A stretch of 64,000 nucleotides of DNA from an uncultured Pseudomonadales bacterium (GTDB lineage Bacteria; Pseudomonadota; Gammaproteobacteria; Pseudomonadales; Pseudohongiellaceae), in contig CALSUH010000013.1 of assembly GCA_943789485.1 (NCBI GenBank), positions 60,824-124,823 of the forward strand, written 5' to 3'. Position numbers and translations under genes: made by a program. Numbering within the stretch: position 1 is the stretch's first letter; the number at the start of each line of letters is the position of its first letter. The notes beneath the pieces are model-generated. The model saw nothing but the letters and a program-made list of their open reading frames with translations. It made no database searches and was not told where the DNA came from. This document shows, piece by piece, positions 8,193 to 16,742 of the stretch.

Positions 8193-9725
8193 TTAAGGTG
8201 AGAGTTTCCCGCTGCGTATTGGTTTGCCAGGGAATACATCTGGCACCGCTTCTCCGCTCATAACCACCGCTACACCATTCACAAATACGTATTCGACTCC
8301 TTCCGAGAAACTAGGGCCGGTTTCGAAGGTCGCAGTATCGATAATGGTTTTTGGGTCGAACACCACAATGTCGGCATCAGCGCCAACCTGGAGTCTTCCC
8401 TTGCGAGCCATGTGAGGTGCTACATTTTCAAGTCGCCTCGCCGGCAGCAAAGTCATTTTTCTGAGAGCAGTTTCTAAATCAATTACTCCCTTCTCACGGA
8501 CGTACCGCCCCAGCACGCGTGAAAAGGTGCCGGCTGTACGCGGGTGTGCTCCCGGCTTATAAGGCATGCCATCCGATGCTACGATAACCCAGTCATTGCC
8601 AATCGCTTGATCGATCCACTCTTCTTGCATCATGTGAATAATTACTACGCCACCCTGCTGCCTATATTGTAAAAACGTCTCAGCATTTAACCTTTCACCC
8701 GTTGCCTGCCATTGCAGCCCATCATAGGAAATACCGTAACTCGATTGCCAGTCCCCGTCGAACAAAGCAGACTGAATACTGGTAGAACCGGCAGTGTATG
8801 GATAAGCCTCTGCGGTAACATCGACTCCACGCGCTTGCGCTCCCTGAATAAGCCTCAACACAGGATTGATATCTGCCAGACTGACAGAGTTAACATGCAC
8901 GATATGTAGCGAGGCGCCTGTAGCTGCAGCGTTGGCTATCACCTCTTGAACAGATGACAATCCTCGGCCACGAACATGAGTGAAGATTGGGACGTCTAAA
9001 TTTTTAGCAATCTCAAATAGATTAAATACCTCAGCGCTACTCGCTCCTGGATAGTAGGCATGAGGCATGCCAATACCTATAGCGCCTTCATTGAAGGCGC
9101 GTTCAAGCTCTTCTTGCAGAAGCTGTTCTCTTGCCGGTGGCAGCGGTGCATAAAAGGTCTCGCCGACGATAGACTGAATTCGCCCCAAGGGTTCTTCAAT
9201 TCGAACAGCCTCCGCCAACTGGCTGCGTAGAAATTCACGGTCTGCTTCTCTCTCGGTCAAAGCAAGAGCCCGGATTGCAGCATGTGATGCACTGGCACCA
9301 TAATTAACACGCGACCGACCACGCCTGGAGTCCAGAAAGCTGCCTACCTCTGCATAGCCCCATTCAAGTTCAAGGGCAGTTGTCACGCCATCTCTAACTT
9401 GATACTCATGTGCCTGGTCACTCTGTCCATGAACGTGTAGATCAATAAAGCCTGGAGCTACAACCAAGCCCTGAGCATTAATCTTTAACACCTGCTCATC
9501 GAGAACATCAGTGGAAGTCTCTGTGATAGCAACTATTCGGCCACCACTGACAGCGATATCTCGAATTGCATCCAGTCCAGTTTCAGGATCAATGACCCTC
9601 CCATTGTAAATTACTAGGTCAATGGGTTCATCGGCTGCCTGCGCATGAGCAGACCCAAGCGTGCCAAACACGCAGATTACAATAAGCGAAAATCGAAATC
9701 GCTCATAAAGAGTATTTAGTTGCAC
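8193..9725 (-). CDS. Secreted amidohydrolase, N-acyl-D-amino-acid deacylase (D-aminoacylase) family
   Basis: 510 aa. Signal peptide ending AHAQA, metal motif GFIDLHVHG, and later SDGMPY..HPRTAGTF, as recalled for D-aminoacylases. Confidence 0.75.
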   Translation of the reverse strand: MQLNTLYERFRFSLIVICVFGTLGSAHAQAADEPIDLVIYNGRVIDPETGLDAIRDIAVSGGRIVAITETSTDVLDEQVLKINAQGLVVAPGFIDLHVHGQSDQAHEYQVRDGVTTALELEWGYAEVGSFLDSRRGRSRVNYGASASHAAIRALALTEREADREFLRSQLAEAVRIEEPLGRIQSIVGETFYAPLPPAREQLLQEELERAFNEGAIGIGMPHAYYPGASSAEVFNLFEIAKNLDVPIFTHVRGRGLSSVQEVIANAAATGASLHIVHVNSVSLADINPVLRLIQGAQARGVDVTAEAYPYTAGSTSIQSALFDGDWQSSYGISYDGLQWQATGERLNAETFLQYRQQGGVVIIHMMQEEWIDQAIGNDWVIVASDGMPYKPGAHPRTAGTFSRVLGRYVREKGVIDLETALRKMTLLPARRLENVAPHMARKGRLQVGADADIVVFDPKTIIDTATFETGPSFSEGVEYVFVNGVAVVMSGEAVPDVFPGKPIRSGKLSP

Positions 9726-9809
9726 TTACTTTCTCCGTGGAATACAAAAATTGCGCCTTTCTCTGCGGATATCAAATACCGCTCCAAATTGAATTTTTTT
9801 TTCAGACAG

Positions 9810-9887
9810 AACCAAGCCTCGAGATACTCCCCCTTAGAAAAACAGGAACACCCCCTCGTCTATCTGTGACTCCAGCGGCAGCATTAT
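9810..9887. repeat. Family-B direct repeat, copy 2
   Basis: aaccaagcctcgagatactcccccttagaAAAACAGGAACACCCCCTCGTCTATctgtgactccagcggcagcattat, in the same orientation as copy 1. Confidence 0.8.
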
Positions 9888-9950
9888 CTCTAAACCCAAA
9901 TTTTTGAACTTCAGCTTATACCGGCTTTCGGCCAAGAGCAGTCGTTACAG

Positions 9951-11276
9951 TTACCTTGGTATCGCATAGCCTTGTACGGTAGGTTTCTGCTCAGCAACGC
10001 TATCCACGACCGACTGACTCACCACGTTTGTAAACCTCTGCCGAATGTTCAGTGGCCCGTGATTTGGTAGCTGGATGAACATAAGCCCAATCAGATCTTC
10101 GACCGGGTCTGCATAGTACAACGTGCCGCGAGCTCCACCCCAGCCGTAGCTGCCAGGGGACAAGGTATCAAATGAAACTGTCGGATCGATCAATACGCCG
10201 AAGCCTAAACCAAAACCGTATCCTGGCCCACGAACGTAAACATCCTTGTCGCCTGTATGATTGCTTATCATGAGATCGACGGTCATTCGACCGAGTAGCC
10301 GAACACCGTCTAGTTCTCCGCCGTTCGCGATCATCTGTGCGAAGCGAATATAGTCAGACGACGTACTATTCAGTCCACTAGTGCCAGGGAAGTAGGTAGT
10401 TGGCTCATTGAACTGTGGTGCTATTTGTAACTCGGCCTCGTTTGCTTCGTTCAGCATGTAGGTCGCCGCCACGCGGTCTACTTTGCTGCGAGGTATGTTG
10501 TAGAATGTGTCCACCATGCCTAGGGGCTCAAAAATCCGTTCCCGTAGAAACTGGTCAAGTGATTGACCAGAAATTTTCTCGACTAGTACGGCCACGAAAT
10601 CAGTTGATGTGCCGTACAACCAATGATCACCTGGGTGAAAGGTGCCTGGAATCATAGCAGCTCGAACAACACGCTCACCGAGCGTCGAGAACGGTTTACC
10701 GTTGTTACTTACCCACTGCATTTCCTCTTCAGATAGCCCAGCGTTTGCAGGATCGAGTGTTAGTCCTGAGGTATGGGTCAGCACATGGCGAATTGTGATT
10801 GGCCGCGCCTGGGGCACGCTTCGTTTGCGTGGCCCGTCGCTGTCCAGCACTAGGTGATCTGCATATTCCGGTATCCATTCCGAGATAGGATCGTCTAGCC
10901 GAAATCTTCCTTCTTCGAACAGCATCATCAGTGCGGTTGATACTATCGGTTTAGTCATCGATGCCAGATAAAAAATGGTATCGGTTGTCATTGGAATATC
11001 CTGCTCACGGTATTTCCAACCGAGCGCCGAGTGATGCACTATCTTACCGTGCCTAGCGACCAGTGTTACTGCGCCTGCGACCTGGTTGTCATCAATGAAT
11101 CGTTGGAAATACTCGTCGATTCGGGCTAAACGCTCTGTAGAAATTCCGACAGATTCCGGCCTTGCCGTTGGAAAGTTTTCTGACGCCCATCCAGTTACCG
11201 AAGTCGCCGCCAATAAGCCAGCGAGAAAAATTCCTCGAACAAAAATTCTTGCTAATTCACTCTGTTCTTTATTCAT
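9951..11276 (-). CDS. Secreted serine hydrolase, class C beta-lactamase / PBP4*-like family
   Basis: ORF 9951..11297. ATG at 11276 is preceded by GAAGGAG. SxxK motif in LASMTKPIVS; signal-like GLLAATSVTGWA. Confidence 0.8.
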   Translation of the reverse strand: MNKEQSELARIFVRGIFLAGLLAATSVTGWASENFPTARPESVGISTERLARIDEYFQRFIDDNQVAGAVTLVARHGKIVHHSALGWKYREQDIPMTTDTIFYLASMTKPIVSTALMMLFEEGRFRLDDPISEWIPEYADHLVLDSDGPRKRSVPQARPITIRHVLTHTSGLTLDPANAGLSEEEMQWVSNNGKPFSTLGERVVRAAMIPGTFHPGDHWLYGTSTDFVAVLVEKISGQSLDQFLRERIFEPLGMVDTFYNIPRSKVDRVAATYMLNEANEAELQIAPQFNEPTTYFPGTSGLNSTSSDYIRFAQMIANGGELDGVRLLGRMTVDLMISNHTGDKDVYVRGPGYGFGLGFGVLIDPTVSFDTLSPGSYGWGGARGTLYYADPVEDLIGLMFIQLPNHGPLNIRQRFTNVVSQSVVDSVAEQKPTVQGYAIPR

Positions 11277-11393
11277 CGGTCCCGCTCCTTCTCGCAAAAA
11301 GGTATAACAATTTTTAGTAGGTACTATCTTATCTCCTCAGCGCCAGCTCACTGCATTACTGCTTCCCGCCAAAAGTGAACACCAAAATCTCAA

Positions 11394-11930
11394 CTATCGC
11401 GCTTCGAATATTGCCTTATAGTGTGTCTCGTAATTCTCAGTCAAATCAACAAGGTCAGCCAGGTAGCGAGCAAACTCCTTGTTCGCGGCCATCAGCGCAA
11501 GCATTTCATTCTGTAGATTTTCAAAGTCTTGTGCTGACCATCCAACCAGATCACGTTGATTGAAACCTGCTCCGATCCCCATTCTGCCGTCTCGCGTTTT
11601 TTCCACTCGCAATTGTTTCAGAAACCGGGGTTCGCATTCCTTTTTCAATAGGTGAGTTCCTGTAGGCCTACGCTTGGTGCAAATGATGTCCATACGGGAA
11701 GAACTATTATTGGCATTAAAGAAATTATAAATTTCTGCTTCTTTCTCATCGATGCGAAGACGCAAACGGGCTAGAGACTTCTGACCCACGACTGTAATTT
11801 CTTCAATTGGTCTCGCCGTTGAAGCTGTGATTGTCGTGTCAGTAGAATCGGACTCTTGAGCGAAAGCCGTGCTGGTGACAAACCCAATCAGAATGCATGA
11901 AATAAACAGCTTTTGTAAGAGTCGAATCAT
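11394..11930 (-). CDS. Secreted protein, unknown function
   Basis: ORF 11394..11960. The internal ATG at 11930 gives MIRLLQKLFISCILIGFVTSTAFAQE (Sec signal). No recognisable catalytic motif. Confidence 0.55.
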   Translation of the reverse strand: MIRLLQKLFISCILIGFVTSTAFAQESDSTDTTITASTARPIEEITVVGQKSLARLRLRIDEKEAEIYNFFNANNSSSRMDIICTKRRPTGTHLLKKECEPRFLKQLRVEKTRDGRMGIGAGFNQRDLVGWSAQDFENLQNEMLALMAANKEFARYLADLVDLTENYETHYKAIFEAR

Positions 11931-12323
11931 AGGGAAAAATCCCGATTTTGTAACGCCCAATACTGACTATCGCAAGGCTTCATAGATACCAAGGACAAGC
12001 ACCAAAAGCAATGACTTTATTACCTTGGGTGTAGGCCTTAGAAGCTGAGCGTGTCTTCTGAGAGTTCCATAACTCAATGTTTACTCTGTACCAAGTCAAC
12101 TTTGTATGAGCACACTCAAGCGTGTAAAAAATCAGGAAGAAAAGACCTCAGAGACCTACTACTAGAATTTGGAGGAGTTAAGCTTGGCTAATTGGCTAAC
12201 ATCCTAGATGTAGATCGAAAGCATAAATATCGCTAATTGCTAGGGTATTCCTGACTGAAAGGTCAACTTCCGGCCAAAAGCGGACACTAGAACTGCTGTA
12301 TTCTAGCCTTGATTCCCCAATTT

Positions 12324-13841
12324 TTAGGGATTACGGCAAACAAAATTTTCGGCCTCATTGGTGCTACCACTACCATTGTAAACCGCTAGTTCTGGATACG
12401 GACAAAGCGGCCTACTTCTATCAACGGCGCCGTCAGTTCGATGAACTGCAATAATACTGTCCGGTGCAATATCTTTCTCCACCCAGTTTTCCAGCGCCGT
12501 AAGAGAATCAAAACTATTAGGCCCTGGGCCCCCGGCACAATGACCCATGCCTGGTGCCATAAACAACCGCATCGAATCATGAATCTTTTCTCGGCCTCCC
12601 ATAACAGTGCTGACTCTTTCATAGTATTGAGTTGCGTTTGCAGGAGATATTTGTGGATCACTCCAACCGTGATAAGCGATGAGCTTGCCACCAAGATCTA
12701 CAAATTCGAAAAGATCCGGATTTAATGCATTCAGAGTATCGTCGTCTTTCCTTTCGGCGCCAGCAACATCACGATCGAACTCAAAGCGATCGATTGTCCA
12801 GTCTTCATCTTCGTAGACTAAGTATCGATACTGCTCTAATCCGGTTACCCGGGCTGATTGAGTCCAACCAAGATCGGTCCAGCCCAATTCACTACCGGGT
12901 AACAATCCTGTTATAGGTCGACTCGTTCTAGGATTAATAGGAGAAGAGTAAATCATTTTGGCGGTGTTAACCTGCGCTTCTGACAAACAGGCACCGGCAT
13001 TGTTACTGTCGCATTTCAAAATCTCTAGATCGATTTCACACTGTGCTGGATTGCTTATAAGACCGTCTTGCACACCATCGTTGGTATCGCAAGAATCTAG
13101 GGCTGTTCGATAAAGTAATTCACGCTGTGCCTGCTTTAGTCGAGCAGATGGATTTGATTCAAGATGGGTTGCAATGCGTAAAGCTGCTGCAGCTCTACCA
13201 GTCCAATCGAGGCCCGGAGCGCCGGCTACAATCCCATCGAAATCAGCAGGAAATCGCTGCGCCTCTTTCATTGCTTGCCTACCACCAGCAGAGCACCCTG
13301 TGAAATAGGAATAGCGCAAACCGTCATCATAGTAGGTGTCGATTAAGGCTTTTGAGGTCACTGCCATCTCGTGAACCGCGCGCCAAGCGAAATCGTATAC
13401 TTTTTGGGGATGGCCAAGAGCGAAACTCGCTGTATTGCCCAGATGTCCCGTGTCGGTGGAACTAGACGCGTAGCCACGGCTTAATGGCATAGCCATGGCG
13501 GAGTGACGAACGTTTCCCGTAAAAGCCCCATTGCCAACGGCGAGATACTTGCCATTCCAGTTATCCGTAGGTAGCCACAATTCCATCTTAATGTCTGAAT
13601 CGGGAGTGGGCGTGAGAGTAAGCAACACGCGGCAGAACGCCGGTAAGTCCTGATACCTGCTCGAGCTGTTAGGATTGCCGCCCGATGGGGAAAAACTTCC
13701 TGCGGCAACAACTTCCGCTCTATCGACTATTACGTTTGGCAGCGAAAGTGAATTTAGACTTTCACAGAATTGCGCAAACGCGGCTGAAGGCAACAACAGG
13801 ACTAGAAAAATCGCTGACCAACTTGGAATTCGAATGAGCAT
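12324..13841 (-). CDS. Secreted tannase/feruloyl-esterase family hydrolase
   Basis: ORF 12324..13865. ATG at 13841 is preceded by GGAGAG. Signal LLLPSAAFAQ; family motif YFTGCSAGGRQAMKEAQRFPADFDGIVAGAPG. Confidence 0.8.
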   Translation of the reverse strand: MLIRIPSWSAIFLVLLLPSAAFAQFCESLNSLSLPNVIVDRAEVVAAGSFSPSGGNPNSSSRYQDLPAFCRVLLTLTPTPDSDIKMELWLPTDNWNGKYLAVGNGAFTGNVRHSAMAMPLSRGYASSSTDTGHLGNTASFALGHPQKVYDFAWRAVHEMAVTSKALIDTYYDDGLRYSYFTGCSAGGRQAMKEAQRFPADFDGIVAGAPGLDWTGRAAAALRIATHLESNPSARLKQAQRELLYRTALDSCDTNDGVQDGLISNPAQCEIDLEILKCDSNNAGACLSEAQVNTAKMIYSSPINPRTSRPITGLLPGSELGWTDLGWTQSARVTGLEQYRYLVYEDEDWTIDRFEFDRDVAGAERKDDDTLNALNPDLFEFVDLGGKLIAYHGWSDPQISPANATQYYERVSTVMGGREKIHDSMRLFMAPGMGHCAGGPGPNSFDSLTALENWVEKDIAPDSIIAVHRTDGAVDRSRPLCPYPELAVYNGSGSTNEAENFVCRNP

Positions 13842-14228
13842 GTATCTCTCCTCTCTCTTTTCCATCAGTTTTTGCTATACACCACTAGAAAATTAACATT
13901 TTTATGAAGCATATGCCCGCTTTGTAGGATAGTAGCCGTATCTTCTGGGTAAGTTCCCTATACGATCCCCTAAATATATGCCACAAAGCTTGAATCACCT
14001 TCGTCAAATCCTCCAATGATTTCGATAAGCACCTCAGTTTTAGCTTGTTGCTGTGCAGCTAAAGCTATTTTTTGAACTTGATCGAATTGCAACCCAACAA
14101 ATATAAGCGACCCTATAAGTGCGAATATGCCTATTACGCTGATAATTCGCTCTATGCCCCTTTCATCAGGTCTGCGAATAAAGGAAGCATTTTTATTGTT
14201 AGTAATTCTATAGGCTTTTCTCAGGGAT

Positions 14229-14290
14229 AATTAACCGTTCGTCCAGAATAGTCTGTATAGGGCTGCGATGGAACCATCCTGAATTAAGGG
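14229..14290 (-). repeat. Family-A intergenic repeat, copy 6
   Basis: + strand reads AATTAAC-cgttcgt-CCAGAATAGTCTGTATAGGGCTGCGATGGAACCATCCTGAATTAAGGG. An imperfect inverted repeat of its left end lies at 14311-14334. Confidence 0.8.
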
Positions 14291-14358
14291 CATGTGTCCC
14301 CCCGGCTGGGGTCTTGGCTGAACGATTGTTTGTCATTTCTAGGGGGTTATTTAGAAAT

Positions 14359-14646
14359 TTAGTGGAAGATTTGCGGTGTGCCAAAACTGATAATATTAAG
14401 CTGTTCACCGGCGGATACCCCACGCTCGTTCCATTCGGACACTGTCGAGCAGTGCCTTTTGCGTATACGACTGCGTATCGAGACTTCCCGGATACACAAT
14501 ATCTCGGTCCAGACCCTAAGCTGAACTGCGTTATAGGCGACGATTTCCTCATCCGACATCATATTAGGGTTCAATCGAGATCCATCATCAGTTGCACAGG
14601 CAGTCAATAGCACTAATAGCAATACGACGAAGGGCAGATTTTTCAT
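14359..14646 (-). CDS. Small lipoprotein, unknown function
   Basis: ORF 14359..14667. ATG at 14646 is preceded by GAGGA, giving MKNLPFVVLLLVLLTAC (lipobox LLTAC). Confidence 0.6.
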   Translation of the reverse strand: MKNLPFVVLLLVLLTACATDDGSRLNPNMMSDEEIVAYNAVQLRVWTEILCIREVSIRSRIRKRHCSTVSEWNERGVSAGEQLNIISFGTPQIFH

Positions 14647-14781
14647 AGTTTCCTCATGGTCAAGCAATGATAGACAAACAATAAAGTAACGGCATATAGA
14701 GGCTCTACATTCAGCATAAAACTCCGCATTACAGCCCCATCAACCTGTTATCACCTTTGATTTTGAGGGCGCAATTTGAAT

Positions 14782-14995
14782 TCAGCGAGACCTATCCAGT
14801 GTGAATACCGCGAAAACGCCATTGAATGCCTTGTCAACAGCATACGCCCTCCAGTTATCAGTCGCCAAGGCTATCGGCACTGCAATTAAGATTACTAAAA
14901 ATTCTACACTCAGTTGTTTAAAATTGATTTTCATGAAGAGTCACTCCAACAGCAATAGAAAAGCAGAGCAGGGTTATTGTTGTTAATAGTTTCAT
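14782..14995 (-). other. Two overlapping hydrophobic mini-ORFs (25 aa and 50 aa), or one 70-aa membrane protein split at a T4 run
   Basis: ATG at 14995 lies 2 nt after the SMR stop and gives MKLLTTITLLCFSIAVGVTLHENQF*. ATG at 14934 gives MKINFKQLSVEFLVILIAVPIALATDNWRAYAVDKAFNGVFAVFTLDRSR*. Removing one T from the run caaTTTTaaa would fuse them in frame. Confidence 0.3.
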
Positions 14996-14997
14996 AG

Positions 14998-15324
14998 CTA
15001 TAGCTCTCCTTTAAATATATTTACAAGAGATACTCCAACAATAATTAAAACTAGCCCGATTACAGCCTGCCAACTTAACGTTTGTTTATAAAATAAATAA
15101 TTTAAGACCGCAACCAAGCAAACTCCCAATCCAGCCCATGATGCGTACAATATCGGAAGGGGGATTTTCTCAGCAATTAAGGACAAGAGATAAAATGACA
15201 AAATGTAGGATAACGTCAACAAGGTTGTCGGAATAATTTTTGTAAAACTTTGCGAAGCAGGTAATAGCATAGTGCCAATCACCTCACATGCTATGGCTGA
15301 AAAAAGAATTATGTATGCATTCAT
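14998..15324 (-). CDS. SMR-family small multidrug resistance efflux protein (EmrE/Qac-like)
   Basis: ORF 14998..15363. Starting at ATG 15324 gives a 108-aa four-helix protein with the conserved membrane Glu (MNAYIILFSAIACEVIGTMLL). The local sequence is visibly AT-rich. Confidence 0.8.
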   Translation of the reverse strand: MNAYIILFSAIACEVIGTMLLPASQSFTKIIPTTLLTLSYILSFYLLSLIAEKIPLPILYASWAGLGVCLVAVLNYLFYKQTLSWQAVIGLVLIIVGVSLVNIFKGEL

Positions 15325-15372
15325 CCTTGGATTTAATTCCTTATTATTTATAGCCTTACTCATGTGGAGTAA

Positions 15373-15795
15373 CTAGCCTTCAAGATTATGCTCAAATGTT
15401 GTCAAGCCAGCCTCAGCTGGAGACCAGTGCGTAGCAGTTGATTTCCAAATGCTGGCTCCTACAATTATCCAAGAAGAGTCATCAAGACTGCCGGCTTTAA
15501 TGAACTTAATACCTTCCCATTCAGCCGGCCCGACGACGGCACTAATTATAGGTGACCCGCAGTTCTCACAGAATCCGCGTTCGACGGACGCCCCTGAAGT
15601 TCCGACAACTGAGTAATATTTTAGGGTTCCTTCTAAATGCAAATCCTTCTCGGGGATAGGTACGATTGTGGCTTTTCCCGAGCCAGTAGATTTCTGACAA
15701 TCCAGGCAATGGCAATGGACACCCCCGAGAGCAGAGTCCGTATCGAGTGAATATTTGACCTGACCACAAAGACAACCACCTGTTTGTTTGCTCAT
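15373..15795 (-). CDS. GFA (glutathione-dependent formaldehyde-activating / CENP-V-like) family protein
   Basis: 140 aa with the Zn-Cys pattern GGCLCGQVKY .. HCHCLDCQKSTGSG .. FCENCGSP. Confidence 0.8.
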   Translation of the reverse strand: MSKQTGGCLCGQVKYSLDTDSALGGVHCHCLDCQKSTGSGKATIVPIPEKDLHLEGTLKYYSVVGTSGASVERGFCENCGSPIISAVVGPAEWEGIKFIKAGSLDDSSWIIVGASIWKSTATHWSPAEAGLTTFEHNLEG

Positions 15796-16142
15796 ACTCT
15801 TCTCGCTATGTTGGTAAAAAATTAACAGGGTTTAGTGCTGGTTATAGCGCGCAGCAACTGCACCGTTAAAGGTTGGCGTATCCGAAGAAGATACTCGATT
15901 TAGTACTAGGAAACACCATGAAGTCGCTTCTTTACAGAGCCGGGGTCGGTTTTAATGAGGGTGGAAATAGCAGGGTAAAGCGCCTGGTGACATTCGCTTA
16001 ATGTAACATTGGTGACACTTAATTTATTTAATACTTAAATTTATCAATAGCTTGAAGACAAGTTTAATTCCTCTCGCTCCTGCTTAATAGTATAGTTACC
16101 GCTCAAAGCATTCACAGAAAAAACAGATAACAAGGGCGTAGA

Positions 16143-16532
16143 ATGAAAAAACTACCAGCACTAATATTGCTACTTTTATCACCTCTAGTCTTAGCGCAAG
16201 AGAAACAAATCTGGACTTGTCCACAAGTGGCGGGAACACAGCTTACATGGGAGAACGGCGCTTGGAGGCAGGTACGTATAGAGCCTACACGTATTCTACT
16301 TAGATTAGGCGGTAAATATTCCAGCTATAGAATGTCCGAAGAGGAGCGGCTCCTAGATTGCTCGGAAGCAATAAGTGGGAAAATTAGCTGTTTAGATCCG
16401 CTAGGCTCCACACTCATATATATCGACCCAACCTCTGGCAAGATGGGAAGGTCTACCTTGTTTGGAGCAGTACAGGCTGGAGATTCCAAGAGCGCATTAG
16501 CTACCGAAGTTTACAACTGCACTAAGCTCTAA
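16143..16532 (+). CDS. Secreted protein, unknown function
   Basis: 129 aa with Sec signal MKKLPALILLLLSPLVLAQE. No recognisable family motif. Confidence 0.55.
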   Translation: MKKLPALILLLLSPLVLAQEKQIWTCPQVAGTQLTWENGAWRQVRIEPTRILLRLGGKYSSYRMSEEERLLDCSEAISGKISCLDPLGSTLIYIDPTSGKMGRSTLFGAVQAGDSKSALATEVYNCTKL

Positions 16533-16742
16533 GCAGTCACAGACAGATCAAATTCTAATTGTGCTTAGAGACAAGCAATGAGTTAGTCCCGTCTATTAGA
16601 GATTCAGCGGGCAATCGAGTGATGCTTATTGGTGTTAAGTAACTTAGTAGTATTGTCATAACATCTCCAAGATCGGTATGTCGCTATAGGTTAATTTGGT
16701 GTTCCGAAATAAGGACACCTTAAACATTTGCAGACCAACATC

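Noticed and set aside
2778-14334. Calling the family-A elements bona fide integron attC sites and the region an annotated integron.
   Set aside because: Only the GTTRRRY-like end is convincing. I could not find the matching RYYYAAC next to most stop codons, dyad symmetry is weak in most copies, and no intI or attI is in the window. It is kept as a hypothesis in the findings, not as a feature call.
14208-14610. ORFs 14208..14552 (-) and 14314..14610 (+).
   Set aside because: Both overlap repeat copy 6 and/or the better-supported lipoprotein gene 14359..14646 in other frames. Neither has a signal, motif or RBS.
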